NCBI GenBank assembly: GCA_964016885.1
Contig: OZ024741.1
Span: 152,706,001-152,770,000 of the forward strand
DNA from: Eledone cirrhosa
Lineage: Eukaryota
Direction of reading: 5' to 3'
Length of the DNA stretch: 64,000 nucleotides
Shown here: positions 13,056 to 32,918 of the stretch, in pieces
Layout of the letters: the number at the start of each line of letters is the position of its first letter
Position numbering within the stretch: position 1 is the stretch's first letter
Notes under the pieces: generated by a model
Database searches by the model: none
What the model was told of the DNA's origin: nothing
Seen by the model: the letters and a program-made list of their open reading frames with translations, nothing else
Position numbers and translations under genes: made by a program

Positions 13056-13950
13056 ATACTTTGGGAGGGTCATGTTGCCAATAATATTATCATGTATAGA
13101 TAAGAAATGTATAACCTGTAAAATAAGCCCCCATATTAACTGTAAAACTAGAAATGTAGTGTATAGCATAAGATGTTCTGAAGGACAATGTAGAAACAAA
13201 AATATAGTGTACATAGGTGAGACAGCTCGTAGTATAGGGGAACGGATAAATGAACACTGGCGAGACCTTCAAGATAATGAAGAATCATCTGTACTCTACC
13301 AACATGCTAAGATAGAACACAAGGGTAAATTAGAGAACATAGAAATAAAAATAGAATCTACACACAGAAAAGATGCAATGTTTAGACAAATTACAGAGGC
13401 AATAAACATAAAAGAATTACAACCAAAATTAAATAGAAAATATGAGTGGAACAGCAACATCACAACTTACAATTAAGGACAAAATGAAAACACACACACA
13501 CATAGAACAAACAACCAACCAATAACATGTAAATAAATAAACAAATAGATAAATGAACACAAACACACACAGACACCCGGATGTGGCGCATGCGCAAACT
13601 GAGCACACAACACACACACAGAAACAAAATGGCGTAGGACAGAAGCAAGGAAAGGCACAGAAACAAAGAAAGGAATCCCCAGTCACTGAAGAGGTCACAG
13701 AGTGTGTGACGAAAGGACTATGACTATATATAAACAACTATCTGGTTGTGGAACCAACCAACCAACCAGAAATTTATAAATTTGTAGATTTGTAAATTTA
13801 TAAATTTATAAATATATAATAAATTGAAGTGAAAGCAACTGGGGCGTGTGTTTCTTATTGGCAACATGACCCTCCCAAAGTATAACAATATCGGTTTCAA
13901 CACACGATTTCAGATAAAGAATCTTGCTAAACAAATTCAGAAACAACATA
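13048..13950 (+). mobile_element. 5'-truncated Penelope-like element (GIY-YIG C-terminus + 3' pLTR), same family as 61520-64000
   Basis: [23 protein letters not shown]...YIGETARS...EHW. Near-identical to the reverse complement of 61520-62340. Short inverted pLTR piece at 13048-13084; (TA)n on both flanks. Confidence 0.9.
13681..13725 (+). ncRNA. Minimal type I hammerhead ribozyme
   Basis: Stem I agtca/tgact; CTGAAGA; stem II gtcaca/tgtgac; GAAAG-ga-CTA cleavage triplet. Confidence 0.85.
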
Positions 13951-14029
13951 TATATATATTTATATATATATATATTTATGTATATATATATTTATATATA
14001 TATATAATATATATATATGTGTATCCCGG

Positions 14030-14599
14030 GTTCAATCGGAGTTAACTACAGTAAGTGAGGTACTCAATACATAGCAGAGTATAAATATTTAATAGAGAAA
14101 TGGCTTCTCGGCGCTAGCAGCCAAGGTGCATCATAAAGTTATATATCTGTATAAATACAGAGTATGTAACCGAGACTGTACCAACATAACTATATAAGCA
14201 TATCTAATATTTTGACATGTAAGGGTGCCAGAAAACACGAATTTCCTTCAAAGTTGAAAAAATGATAAACATCTTTAATCGATTTTTAAATGGGGAGGTA
14301 ACCACGTTAGCTCGGTGTTAGGTAGAAAACTGTGGGTACTCAGAATAATAATAGATTTTTAATGGTATTGAGTCCAGAATAGTATAGATTGTTCATGGAG
14401 CTTTGTAATTACGTAATAGGTGTTTCAAAGCGTGTGGACAACGTGAAAAACGTTCATTCCTTGAATTTAGACAAGTGCTATTACGCCAACTTCTCGGGAT
14501 ATTAATTCTTTCTTCAATGCACAACCTACAAGACGGATTCCCATTTCCGTATAGCTTAGACTTAGTAATAACTTTCCATTGAATGGAGTAATCCACGCC

Positions 14600-14600
<1 letters not shown>
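14030..14600 (-). mobile_element. PLE 3' fragment (GIY-YIG C-terminus, same type as 42221-43042)
   Basis: YSIQWKVITKSKLY...CRLCIEE...LNSRNE...CPH matches the WNIISKATPF...CDLCIEE tail of the PLE at 42221. Confidence 0.7.
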
Positions 14601-15570
<970 letters not shown>

Positions 15571-15591
15571 GAGAGAGAGAGAAAGAGAGAG

Positions 15592-15656
<65 letters not shown>

Positions 15657-15692
15657 AATAGAAAAATGTCTTCTACGAAAATTATAAAACAT

Positions 15693-16460
15693 TTACAGAA
15701 CTTCAGTATATATAATGTTTGTAACGTTTTCCTTTGGAGTATACATGAAGAGTTTGTAGGGGTCTCCTAGATACAATTGATCGTGTGAGAAACAACCCTC
15801 TTCTAGATGGAGATCGGCAAGCTGTAGTGTTTGAGCTTGGGACTTGTCGATGTAACTGACTCTCAATGGAAATTGCAATCATTTGAAACGAAAGGGGAGA
15901 TTTGTTGGTATTAGCGCTATTCAAAGCATAAATACGATGTCTTCCTTACCACATCCAGTGCAGGATTTTGGTTTCGATAATGTGAGGCTGTAGTTCAGTC
16001 ACAACCATACGCGCCCTATTGCACAATCTTGGCTGATCCAGGTTTCTGAGAAACAGGGTGACTGCGTCCTTGAATTGATTCAAGGTCGTATGACGACATA
16101 CCGGACAGTTCCAGACTGTTGAGAAATTCAACGGCACAATGAAGAGTGTCGTCCTCGTCGATAACTTTCTTAATAGATTTATAGGTCTGGCTACCTCCAG
16201 GGAACATTTGTGAGAGATTTTTGTTAATGGCATTCACTGTGATGTTTTGGGAGCAAGGATTGCTCTTTGACACAGTTATTCCTAATTGGAATGGTTGATT
16301 TCGAAATTGGGGAACACTTAATTAATTACGCTATAAACGCTTTCCACAACAGTACAAAGTGAGGAAGGATCAAAACATCCTTTGGTTTCAAGGGATGTTT
16401 AGCCTTCACCAAGTTTCAGAAGCTTTCGAGAAAACTCTGCAAATATATCCATTCCGCCGT
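15693..16460 (-). pseudogene. Helitron Pif1-like helicase C-terminal remnant
   Basis: Frameshifted LRNLDQPRLCN (LRNL..P.LCNGTR), QFPLRVSYIDKSQAQTL (FP.RL..A.TINKSQGQ), CFSHDQLY (FSHGQLY), and [10 protein letters not shown]-terminus. Confidence 0.85.
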
Positions 16461-16889
16461 TCATTTTCAGAAACAATGATTTAATTAATTATTTGTTTCA
16501 TTGTTCAACATTGTGTATCTGAACACTCAAAGGCGTGTAATAAGATGCCACTTTTCCCACAAAATAAATTTTGGTTTGCTTCGATGAAATATTCATATCA
16601 ACACTACATTGGGTTCTCATGACATTGTAAGCCCTACCTTAATTGAGTAGAATATTTATGAATATATATATCTATAATTCACAGAAAGAACATGACTAAT
16701 AAAAAAATTACAAGTACAATGTATTAATGGAACAATAAAAATACATAAAACGTTCCAAAATTCTGCATCTAATAACTGCATGTACATATGTACAGATACA
16801 ATGCATATGCATAAGCAGACATATAATACAAAACACACAGATCCACACGCACACAATAACATCCATATCTGTACACACATGTATACATA

Positions 16890-16995
16890 GCTTTCTAGAT
16901 GTTGTTTTTATTGAGACAATCTTGTGTCTATGTTAGAAACCGACTCTCTCTCTCTATTGGTAAAAATTAATAAAATTATAAAACCAGGAGAATAC
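16890..16995 (+). mobile_element. Short 3' end of R4-like element
   Basis: Similar to the reverse complement of 2899-3003 (cttgtgtctatgttagaaaccgactctctc); followed by (CATA)n. Confidence 0.7.
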
Positions 16996-17044
16996 ACATA
17001 CATACATACATACTACATACATTCATACATACATGCTTGCATGC

Positions 17045-21851
<4,807 letters not shown>

Positions 21852-21869
21852 ATATATATATATATATAA

Positions 21870-22702
21870 GAATTAAAATACTAGAGTGTGTTGGAGTTAA
21901 ACACCCTCTTCATATTATAGAAATGACAGTATAAGATATAGCTCAATGTAATTAAACAGAGCCGAAGAATTATAAAAAATAAACCAAAGAAGCCTTCAAT
22001 ACATCAAAAGTCTTTATTAGCCAACAATGTTTCGTCCTATTAAGGACTCATCAGGGCAAGTAAAGCTACAAGAAGCACTATCGGCCAATACAAGCAAAAA
22101 ACTCAGAAGAATATGGAGTATACATCTATTAAAGCCCAGGAAGGATATCAAGGAAAAGTAGGCTAAGATTAAGAGTGAGCAGTTACAAACATAGATATAG
22201 ACCAAATAGCAAGGAAGTGATTAACATGTTGAACCCACATTGTAAATATTATATAATGCAATTACTTGAAACACAAATGGTGATATAATGCGAGAATTAC
22301 AGTACGATATAGAATATAATATAATATAATAGATGGTGATAATAAAAAGCTTAATATATGTATATATATATCTATATCTATACATATATACATTAGTACA
22401 AACACAAACTAACACTTATTAAGTATTTAAATATAGATATATATATATTGTTTACAGTATAATATAATAAAGATAAAAATAAGAATAAAGATAAAAATAA
22501 GAATAAAATATAATATATAATTCCCTGTCAGTGTGCATAAACAATATAGAAACATTATAATAACATTATAATAACAATATTTTAATATATTGACATCATA
22601 AGATATACAAAATTACATCATATATATAATTCAAGGTTAACAAATAGTACAAAGTTTTACACAGGGTAATAAAGACTTTTGATGTATTGAAGGCTTCTTT
22701 GG

Positions 22703-22712
<10 letters not shown>
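21870..22712 (-). mobile_element. PLE-type non-coding 3' fragment with hammerhead and 44-bp inverted end
   Basis: Hammerhead at 22019-22058. 22667-22710 is the inverse of 21976-22019; (TA)n flanks. Confidence 0.6.
22019..22058 (-). ncRNA. Minimal type I hammerhead ribozyme
   Basis: Minus strand reads gcc-CTGATGA-GTCCT taat AGGAC-GAAAC att GTT-ggc. Confidence 0.88.
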
Positions 22713-22781
<69 letters not shown>

Positions 22782-22895
22782 AAATAACAGATTAAAGTTT
22801 AAGCTAAGAATCGCTGCTTTCACCCTTAACGGGATCTTCTGAAACTAAAAAATCAATCTGTGAACGCAGAAGTAAATATTTCGAAAAACGTTACA

Positions 22896-23048
<153 letters not shown>

Positions 23049-23387
23049 TATATACATACACTATATATACTTATACACACAGGCAGATAGCGTCATAATG
23101 TCGTAATGCAGACAGCCAGACATACAGACAGATATTATAAGGGCGCGGCGTTGTATCTATGTATCTATCTAAAAAGAAAGACTACGAATTATACAAAGAT
23201 TGCTAAATCGCCTAATGCGGTCCCCAGGGCATTGACAATTTTAAATATTTTTTGCTCAAAACACTCACACGGCCATAAGTATTACATCTGTGTATATATA
23301 TATACTAATTCACACAAATTCAGGGATATATGTGTGTATATCCATGTATATGTATGTATTCGCATGTAACTGTGTATTTCTTTTTAT

Positions 23388-23461
<74 letters not shown>

Positions 23462-23626
23462 AAATTGCTGACTTTTCAACCACTACCAATCTCGAATCTT
23501 TAGCGAACGACATTTACATAACACTTTATTAACAACGCCAAATACCGATATAGTCTGCCGCACTTGTGACTCGCGGGTAGTCTTAATGTGTTTATTACCA
23601 TTATTATTATTATTGTTATTGTTATT

Positions 23627-23770
23627 CCTTGAATCTCAGTCATTGATGTTGGTTAACTGGAAAGTCCGTTGGATTGAATATCAAGCCACTACCTGCAGCC
23701 TCAGATATTCAGGACGTATCGGAGGGTTCTTGCTGTTCCAAGCAAGCATGCCTTTTGAAGCGTTCCAAAA

Positions 23771-23820
<50 letters not shown>

Positions 23821-24238
23821 TTTGAGTCTCAGTCATTGATGTTAGTTAACTGGAAAGTTTGTTGAAATGAATATCAAGCCACTACCTGCAGCCTCAGATA
23901 TTCAGGACGTATCGGAGGGTTCTTGCTGTTCCCAGCAAGCATGCCTTTTGAAGTGTTCCAAAAAACGGGGCGGGGCCAATTTTCTTTAACCATCCCTAGA
24001 AACTCTTTGAGATAGTAGCTAGTGCACCTATGACAATCGGGACCACTTTGACCTCATGGCAGTTCCAAATCCTTTTTACTTCCCACTTCAAGTACTGGCA
24101 TCGGTTAATTTTCTCCCTCTCCTTTTCTTGCACTCTCGTGTCGAATGGGCAGGCCACATCCACAATCAGGCACGGCCTTTTTTCTTTGTCCAAAACCACC
24201 AGGTCAGGTCTATTGTGTTCCAGTTTCTTGTCCGTCTG

Positions 24239-24296
<58 letters not shown>

Positions 24297-24616
24297 CTTG
24301 AATCTCAGTCATTGATGTTGGTTAACTGGAAAGTCCGTTGGAATGAATATCAAGCCACTACCTGCAGCCTCAGATATTCAGGACGTATCGGAGGGTTCTT
24401 GCTGTTCCCAGCAAGCATGCCTTTTGAAGCGTTCCAAAAAGCGTGAAGGGGCCGATTTTCTTTAACCATCCCTGGAAACTTTTGGAGATAGTCCCCAGTG
24501 CGCCTATGACAATCGGGATCACTTTGACTTCATGGCATTTCCAAATCCTTTTTACCTCCCACTTTAAGTCCTGGTATCGGTTAATTTTCTCCCTCTCCTT
24601 CTCTTGCACTCTCGTG

Positions 24617-24618
<2 letters not shown>
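23627..24618 (-). mobile_element. Three tandem 5'-truncated R4/Dong-like RLE 3' ends separated by (TAA)n
   Basis: Units 23627-23770, 23820-24240 and 24296-24618 share the same 3' end. They encode RPDLVVLDK..IVDVACPFD..EKINRYQDLKWE..PIVIGALG..QKACLLGTARTLR. Confidence 0.88.
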
Positions 24619-24670
<52 letters not shown>

Positions 24671-24671
24671 A

Positions 24672-24875
24672 GGGGCGGTGGATTAGCAGTATCGGTAGAG
24701 GGTCGGACACCATGCTTTGACGTATAGAGTTACGGCCCTTACCATTCTGAGTTCAAATCCCGCCGAAGTTAACTTTGCCTTTCATCCTTACGGGGTCTAT
24801 AAAATAAAGTACCAGTAATGCATTGGGTAATTGCTGGCCTTGTGCCAAAAGTAGAAACAATTATTATTATTATTA
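24672..24875 (+). mobile_element. Octopus-type tRNA-derived SINE
   Basis: B-box-like gagttcaaatcc; conserved ctttgcctttcatccttacggggtcgataaaataaagtaccag; (ATT)n tail. Further copies at ~28155-28340(+), 29565-29775(-), 31955-32080(-), 32305-32500(+), 40252-40450(+), 50160-50332(-), 50545-50680(-), 52010-52192(-) and 55965-56060(+). Confidence 0.85.
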
Positions 24876-24876
24876 T

Positions 24877-24938
<62 letters not shown>

Positions 24939-25334
24939 TATCTTCATCATCATCATTATTATTTTTGTTTTGATTTTCTTTTTCTTCGCTTTTTAGAAAT
25001 GCTTCATGAAGAAAACATTCAGTTGCGGTGTCACTGATGAAGGAAAGTAAATAACCGAAGCTGAAGAGGCGAATTCTCTATGACCTAGAACCAAATATGG
25101 TTTTAATATTTATTTAACAAAAACAACTAAAGTGGATCAGCTAAAATTTCGTAAACTAAATATCCTGGAGTAGAATTACAATAAAACAGAAATTTGATTT
25201 AATTCATATGTAGAAAGACATAAGTTGCGACAGAATAGAATATTGAAAGATAACACGTTTAATACTGTTCTACGGGTATAACTTCCAAGTAAACACAGAT
25301 ACACACCACACGCACAGACACACACACACACACA

Positions 25335-25367
<33 letters not shown>

Positions 25368-25371
25368 GCGC

Positions 25372-25446
<75 letters not shown>

Positions 25447-25447
<1 letters not shown>

Positions 25448-26178
25448 TAGCAGAATGGCCCGGCGTTGCGAGGGATTTGCCATAGGGTTCTTATATATTT
25501 GATATATATATTTATCCTTATCGAGCCTCGTGAAATAAATACGTTTGTTTATATTTTGTTATTGTGTATGCAAAAATATCTGTACACGAATATATAATTA
25601 TATATATATATTAAAATAACTGATTAAAGTATAAGCAAAGAATCGCTGCTTTCACCCTTAACAGGATCTTGTGAAATTTAAAAAAATCAATCTGCGAACG
25701 CAGGAGTAAATATTTCGAAAAACGTTAAACTGAAGGAAAACAGTAAGATGATACTTTGGTTCGTGAAGACGTTCCCGGGCATAAGAATATGTATATACAC
25801 ACACACTATATATACATATATACACACACACACTGATCGCGTCATAATGACGTAATGCAAACAGCCAGACATACAGACAGATAATACACTGGGATAATTG
25901 GTGGCCTTGTGCCAAAAGTAGAAACAATTATAAGGGCGCAACGTTATATCTATGTATCTATCTAAAAGAAAGACTAAAAGCGAGAGAGAGAGATCGCTAA
26001 ATCACCTAATGCGGTCCCTAGGGCATTGAAAATTTGAAAGATTTTTTTGCTCAAAACACTCACGAGACCATAAGTATTACATGTGTAAAGTTTGAAAACA
26101 GTCGGTTGGGTGGTTCTCGAGTTTTAGTGATTGGACAGACAGACAGACAGACAGACATTCTCTGTTTTAGTAATATAT
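25447..26178 (-). mobile_element. Non-autonomous Helitron (Lep1-like architecture) with nested repeat
   Basis: Minus-strand head with (GTCT)n and caaccg..ttttcaaactttacac. 3' hairpin ccctcgcaacgccggg, then CTAG at 25447-25450. Confidence 0.6.
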
Positions 26179-26184
26179 ATACAG

Positions 26185-26248
<64 letters not shown>

Positions 26249-26253
<5 letters not shown>

Positions 26254-26345
26254 CGTTTCTGAATTTGTTTAGCAAGATTCTTTATCTGAAAACGTGTGTT
26301 GAAACCGATATTGTTATAGTTTGGGAGGGTCATGTTGCCAATAAG
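26249..26345 (-). mobile_element. Terminal pLTR fragment of the 13048/61520 PLE family within (TA)n
   Basis: Matches 61520-61612 directly. Confidence 0.85.
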
Positions 26346-26357
26346 TATATATATATA

Positions 26358-26397
<40 letters not shown>

Positions 26398-26784
26398 CAT
26401 TGCGTGTTGCCAAACTCCCCACCATGGCAAAAAAGTGAAATGATGACCAAACAGAAAACTGGAATCTCTGCTTCACACACGTATACGTCAGGGTATATAT
26501 GTGTGTGTGCGTGTATGTGCGTTTGTGTACGTGTGTATGTTTGGCGTGTACGTGTGTGACTTCACTGTTCGCTGCTGGTGACTGGTGTGGTGTGGTGTGT
26601 TATAAAATTTTAAGAGAAAACCTGAAGTAAATAAACAAGTTTTTTCCATGCCCACGCACCACACACACACACGTGTATCAGCTCTACGGTTCTTATTTAT
26701 TTGATATATATTTATCCTTATCGAGCCTTCTTTGGATTTTAGTCTTCAAATTTATTATTATTACTATATGTATATATATATATA

Positions 26785-27790
26785 TATGGAATAGAATGAA
26801 ACGAAATTTCATTTCTCACTCTTAGTACGGCACTTATTTAAATGTAAGTATGTATGTATACAGACGTACAGTAGTATGTATATATACATACATGCACACA
26901 TATATATATGCACGTATCGGTTTACCTAACATTTATTACAATGCTCGGTTTGTCCGTTTGTAAACAAACAAACATCCCAAATTACGCCGTACAGTGTTTA
27001 GGCAAACACGTCACCTTTTTGTTCAACACCGACACCGGAACGATGTACTAGTTTCAAGCTTATTAGCTATCGTCAGCATCGTATACCTTCCTGCCAGATG
27101 GTTGAACGTCTGAAAGTATATACTTTCCTTATGCATATTAACGTCTGAGCAGCCTAATTTGCATATCGAGTGAGTTCAGTCGGCCGCGCACACCGAAAAC
27201 GATAAATGGAATAGAATGAAACGAAATTTCATTTCTCACTCTTAGTACGGCAGTTACTTAAATTTAAGTATGTATGTATACGTAGATACATATATGTATA
27301 CAGACGTACAGTAGTATGTATATATATATACATACATGCACACATATATATATGCACGTATCGGTTTACCGAACATTTATTACAATGCTCGGTTTGTCCG
27401 TTTGTAAACAAACAAACAGCCCGAATTACGCCGTACAGTGTTTAGGCAACCACGTCACCTTTTTGTTCAACATGCATAAGGAAAGTATATACTTTCAGAC
27501 GTTCAACCATCTGGCAGGAAGGTATACGATGCTGACGATAGCTAATAAGCTTGAAACTAGTACATCGTTCCTGTGTCAGTGTTGAACAAAAAGGTGACGT
27601 GGTTGCCTAAACACTGTACGGCGTAATTCGGGCTGTTTGTTTGTTTACAAACGGACAAACCGAGCATTGTAATAAATGTTCGGTAAACTGATACGTGCAT
27701 ATATATATGTGTGCATGTATGTATATATATACATACTACTGTACGTCTGTATACATATATATATGTACGTATACATACATACATACTTAT
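26785..27790. mobile_element. Hammerhead-containing 420-bp tandem monomer (retrozyme-like) with inverted arm
   Basis: Period 420 (26788->27208); inversion from ~27472. Hammerheads at 27041-27081(-) and 27527-27567(+). Homologous to 58470-60700. Confidence 0.8.
27527..27567 (+). ncRNA. Minimal type I hammerhead ribozyme
   Basis: Stem I cgatg/catcg; CTGACGA; stem II agct/agct; GAAAC-ta-GTA with palindromic stem III actagt. Identical inverted copy at 27041-27081. Confidence 0.85.
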
Positions 27791-28056
27791 ATATATATAA
27801 AATTTAGTACAGCATCAACGAAGCCATGGTTGCAGCCAAGATAACGAATGCAGTTTCGATATATATATATATATATATATACATATATATGAGTATATGG
27901 GTGTGTGTGTGCATGAGTGTATTATATATATAACTACATTGAAATATATTGTATCATATATAACTACATTCAAACATAAATTGAACAAGGCCAATCTGTC
28001 GAAAACAATCAACGGTGAGAATTTGAGCGAAACGTTAAAATCTTTTACACATAAAC

Positions 28057-28118
<62 letters not shown>

Positions 28119-28359
28119 CATACACATACTTAAACACAGAGGCAAAGCCATCAGAACGTCGGATAGAATGATTTGTGATATTTGTTCTTTGCTCTCTGAG
28201 TTCAAATCCCATCGAGTTCAATTTTGCATTTTATTCCTCCGAGGTCGTCACAATATAGTACCACTAAAGTACTGGGTTCAATTTAATCGACTAACCCACC
28301 CCACAAGTTTCTGTCTTTGTGCCTAAATTAGAAGCCATTATTTCTCTTGTAGATGTACA

Positions 28360-28590
28360 CATGGCTGAATGTTTATAAACCCGCCTTGCTGCCAAGTTCG
28401 ACGGGATTACTTGATCTCATCGAAAAGTGTCTTTACCATAGCTTCGGGTCGATGAAATTATGAAATTGGACTGATGGAAAAGTGTGGAAGCGCGCTGGGT
28501 GGCGATTCTACCTGTAATTCAAAAGTCCAGCCTTGTCACATACTGTATAACGCCGATCTCCCTAAGAATTACATTAAGAAAATATAGTGT
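28360..28590 (+). mobile_element. Old degenerate SINE-like repeat
   Basis: Shares acctgtaattca...agccttgtcac and accatagc motifs with 29810-29960(-) and 54440-54610(-). Confidence 0.5.
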
Positions 28591-28655
28591 GCACGTATTG
28601 TATCCTGTATCTTTGTCCTGTTTTCAAGAATAAAATATGTTTAAATACCTCGCTA

Positions 28656-29366
28656 CTAAGCAAAGATGGGAAATGACCCACGTATGTAATACACAGCTAC
28701 ATTAAACACAACCTCAAGGATATGGTCCGAACGTGGAAGTGCCGAACTCTCACTGTCATCGCCTCCATCTCTCTCGCCTTCCCCATCTCTCTGTATGGTG
28801 AGCAAATGGGGTCCCACATGCTGGCCTTCCCACAGCCCCGGCGGACAGAATAGAGAAGGCGTTTCCCCGGAGGATGGTAAGGGAGATGCGCTGGAAGTGC
28901 CATTCCAATTTGCGAGGCTCACACCTGCTCTGGACAGCTCAGCGCCTATGGTGATGAGTAGGGAGATAGCCCTAGGGCCAAGGCCACCAGAAGATTCCAC
29001 TGCCAAGGGCACGACCGCAAACCTGTCGGAGAGCGACCAGTACTTGAAGAGTTTGACCTCCTCAGCCCGACGTGCAGCAGAACCTGGGTTAGTCGCAGAC
29101 TGCACCAGGTTGCGGCTGGAGAAAGTGTCGCTGCAAGTGGCATCCCAGACGAGGGGTTTGCTACCGCGGAACGAGAAGATGGTCATACCGTCTGGCCTTT
29201 TGCCGTCCCCTCGATCCAGCCCCACCGGCTCGAGCTGGGAGAGGAAGCCTGCAGCATCTAAGCCGTGCTTTATGACCACGGTGGATCTACAGCGACATTT
29301 ATGTGGCTCGCAGATCCGGAGGCCAAGCCTCATGGAAATGCCGATGCGCAGGCTATCGTTATCCAA
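28656..29366 (-). pseudogene. CRE-clade non-LTR retrotransposon C-terminal RLE fragment
   Basis: RLGLRICEPHKCRC, LEPVGLDRGDGKRPDGMT, LVWDATCSDT, AEEVKLFKY, PLAVESSGGLG. Confidence 0.8.
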
Positions 29367-30305
29367 TTACATGAAGTGTCTGTGGAATGCTCAACTGCTT
29401 ACACCTTACTTCACCAGTCGGACGTTCAGCTGATCGAACGACTGAATGCTCATCGTTAAAACTTATGGAAATCAATTATCCTCCACCACCACCATAATCA
29501 TTAGCCTAATCTGGTTGCTACCTCTATGCTTTAGGTAGTATTTACTTACTTCTAGAATGGAATAATGGCTTCTGATTTAAGCACAAGGCCAGCAATTTTT
29601 GGGGAGGGGAAACTCAATTAAATCGACACCAGTACGTGACTGGTACTTTATTTTATCGACCCCGTAAGGCAAAGCTAACCTCGACGGGAATTGAACTCAG
29701 AGCATAAAGGGCCGTAACTCTATGCCGCGAAGCAGAGTGTCCGACGCTATATCGATACTGCCAATCCACCGCCCTACTTCTAGAACAGAATAATGATGCT
29801 TCTTTTAGTTGTTCCGTCAACGGAACATTGAATTACAGGTACAATCCACCCGACAAGTTTCCAAGCAGATTCCGTTTACCCAATTTTACTCACATAGCAT
29901 GGGTCAGGCCGATGCTATGGTGGTATGTGTATTTTTGTCTTGAGGTCAATAGTGGAGAAATGTTTCTCCCCTGCAAGGCTAAAATTTCTTCTTCGCCCTT
30001 TTCACTCTACGTAAGCTACTTTCGTTTAAGGCAAACGTGACGGAGAGAGTAGTTAGAAGGGGAATGTTGACCAAGAGCTGAGAAAGAAAAGAGTATGATT
30101 GAAATGTGGAGGGAGAAGCAGAGAGAAGGAAAGGGGCAGCTGGTAAAACAAGTACATGAGCAGCCTGAGATTGCCCTTAGGAGAGTGATGGATAACTCTA
30201 AGATAGATTGGTAAATGTCAACTAAGAGTCTCATGGGGGCGAGAGAATATTGATGTTGCTGTATACACACACCCACATACATATATAGAGAGAGAAAGAA
30301 AGAGA

Positions 30306-30383
<78 letters not shown>

Positions 30384-30526
30384 CAGGCAGAGTGATATGT
30401 ATGCATTTTTGTATCCCCCCCCACACACACACACACATATAATTGTGCATGTATGTCTGTATGAATGTATATATATAAATATATATTTCGGCCACTTTTT
30501 TTTATTTTCGTGTACAAGTTTGTTTG

Positions 30527-30562
<36 letters not shown>

Positions 30563-31090
30563 TTAAGTATATCATAATCTATAAAGAAACAAGTTTATAA
30601 AAACTAATTTCCAAGTAAAAAATAAATAGAAGGAAAAAGATTTTTTTTTTAAATGCTAGGAATAACTTTCAATACTTTAAGTAATTAAATACATATATAT
30701 GCAGTATATTGCAATTTAATATTTAGGCCAGCAAAAACATCATTTAAAGTGGCTATAAATTATAGAGCGGAAACTTAACTCATTTATTATTATTTTATCC
30801 GTCACTTTTCTCGTTGTTTTTTTGTTGTTATTGTAATGTGTTGTTGATTTTACTGTTGTTGTTGCTGTTGTTATGTTAGCTTGCGTCTTATATAAACATT
30901 TTAACACTAGTAAAGAGGTTTCTGCTTGTTAAATGGTCATTACAGTTATTTAGACCGAAAATGCTTATCGTAATCTAATGAGGCGTAATGGCAACGTTAG
31001 TAGAGTAAATCTGGCTGGGCGCTCGTAGTTCTGGATTCGATATGATTATTCGGCACCATGGGCAAGTGTTTTCTACTGTAGCCAAGTGTT

Positions 31091-31152
<62 letters not shown>

Positions 31153-31154
31153 GA

Positions 31155-31192
<38 letters not shown>

Positions 31193-31197
<5 letters not shown>

Positions 31198-31600
31198 CTG
31201 AGTTTTTCGAATATTAATAATAACATTCGATTCGTTTGCAATTATGCAAACAAGCCTCAATTTTATGTCAGTAGAATGAACCCTTCATTCTACTGACATG
31301 GCTATAAAATTGAGACTTGTTTGCATAATTGCAAACGAATCGAATATTATTATTAATATTCGAAAACCTCAGATTACATTTATTGTATTCAGCCATCTAG
31401 AGCGAAATTTTCTTTTTTATTTGAATTTGGCAAAGCCGACCATTTATCGCTCGTATACAGGAAACTGACTGGCCAGTCTGCTAATATGCAAATCAGGCCG
31501 ATCAGTCACTGTGTATTTTTGAAAATAGCATTTATTTTCACTAGCTCTAACAGTTTGACAGGTGAACAGTGAGCTGTACTGATGAAGGGTGATACCCAGA
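31193..31600 (+). mobile_element. Partial copy of 348-bp hammerhead monomer family with inverted 5' arm
   Basis: Homologous to the reverse complement of 38804-39269. Octamer at 31486-31493; CTGATGA at 31579; truncated at (CA)n. 31193-31260 is inverse to ~31312-31377. Confidence 0.7.
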
Positions 31601-31601
31601 T

Positions 31602-31688
<87 letters not shown>

Positions 31689-31848
31689 TAAAAAAATTTA
31701 AAAAAAAAAAAAAAATTATCTTGACTCTGTATTCCGTTTATCTTTCACCGAAAGTGATTTTTGAATGCATCTCTTCTTTTCATGATATCCGGATTACATT
31801 GAGTTCTTCATACGGATTGGACACTACCGTAAACTTTTGGTAGATTTA

Positions 31849-31930
<82 letters not shown>

Positions 31931-32854
31931 GTTAATAAAGTGTGACACCAAGAATAAGGGACCAAAAGCATGTTGCCATAATTGTTTCTACTTTTGGCAC
32001 ATGTCCAGCAATTATATCAGTGCATTACCGGTACTTTTATCGACCCGTAAGGATAAAAGGTAAAGTTAACCTCGGCGGGATTAACTTTACCTTTGCCATA
32101 ATAATACAACATGTCGAACACTAACCTCTAGGTGTCACGTTTTATTAATTTCTCGTAACTTTGTGTAAAAACGTATTGACTTTTCACACCATTGAGTGCT
32201 GTGTGACTAGCTCAAACAATTCGATTGGTATCTACCGTACTGCGGCTACAACTTCGATTTATACCCATTAGTATTATTATTATTATATATGGTGAATTAT
32301 TATAGTGTGGTGAATTGGCAGTATCGTTAGAGGGTCGGACATGCTTTCCAGCGTAGTTACGTCCCTTTACGATCTGAGTTCAAATCCCGCCAATGTTAAC
32401 TTTGCCTTTCATCATTACGGGGTCGATAAAATAAAGTACCAGTAACGTACTGAGTAATTGTTGGCCTTATGCCAAAAGCAGAAACAATTATTATTATTAT
32501 ATATATGTGTGTGCCTGTGTGCGTGTGTACGTATAAAGAAAGAGTTCAAGTGCAGAAATGCTATAAATATAGCTTATAAAATAGGGTGAAGGCCCTTAAA
32601 AGACGGAAAAAAATTTGTCAACGACAGCTATGAGGACTTGCACCTCATATCTTCCAGATACCGTCTAGACGCTTTAATCTTTAACCGAAGGAGCCACTAA
32701 TAAACTTCTTCCCGTCATTTTCACTATATATAACTGGACAATAGCCTTCAGATGTCAGCAGGCAGTCAGAGAGACTAAGAGACAGACATCCGTGTGTAAA
32801 CTAACAATGAACGAAGCCGAATTTTCGGCTTCTGAAGCGCTGAGAATATATGTG

Positions 32855-32892
<38 letters not shown>

Positions 32893-32918
32893 CCATTTTT
32901 CACTATATATATATATAT

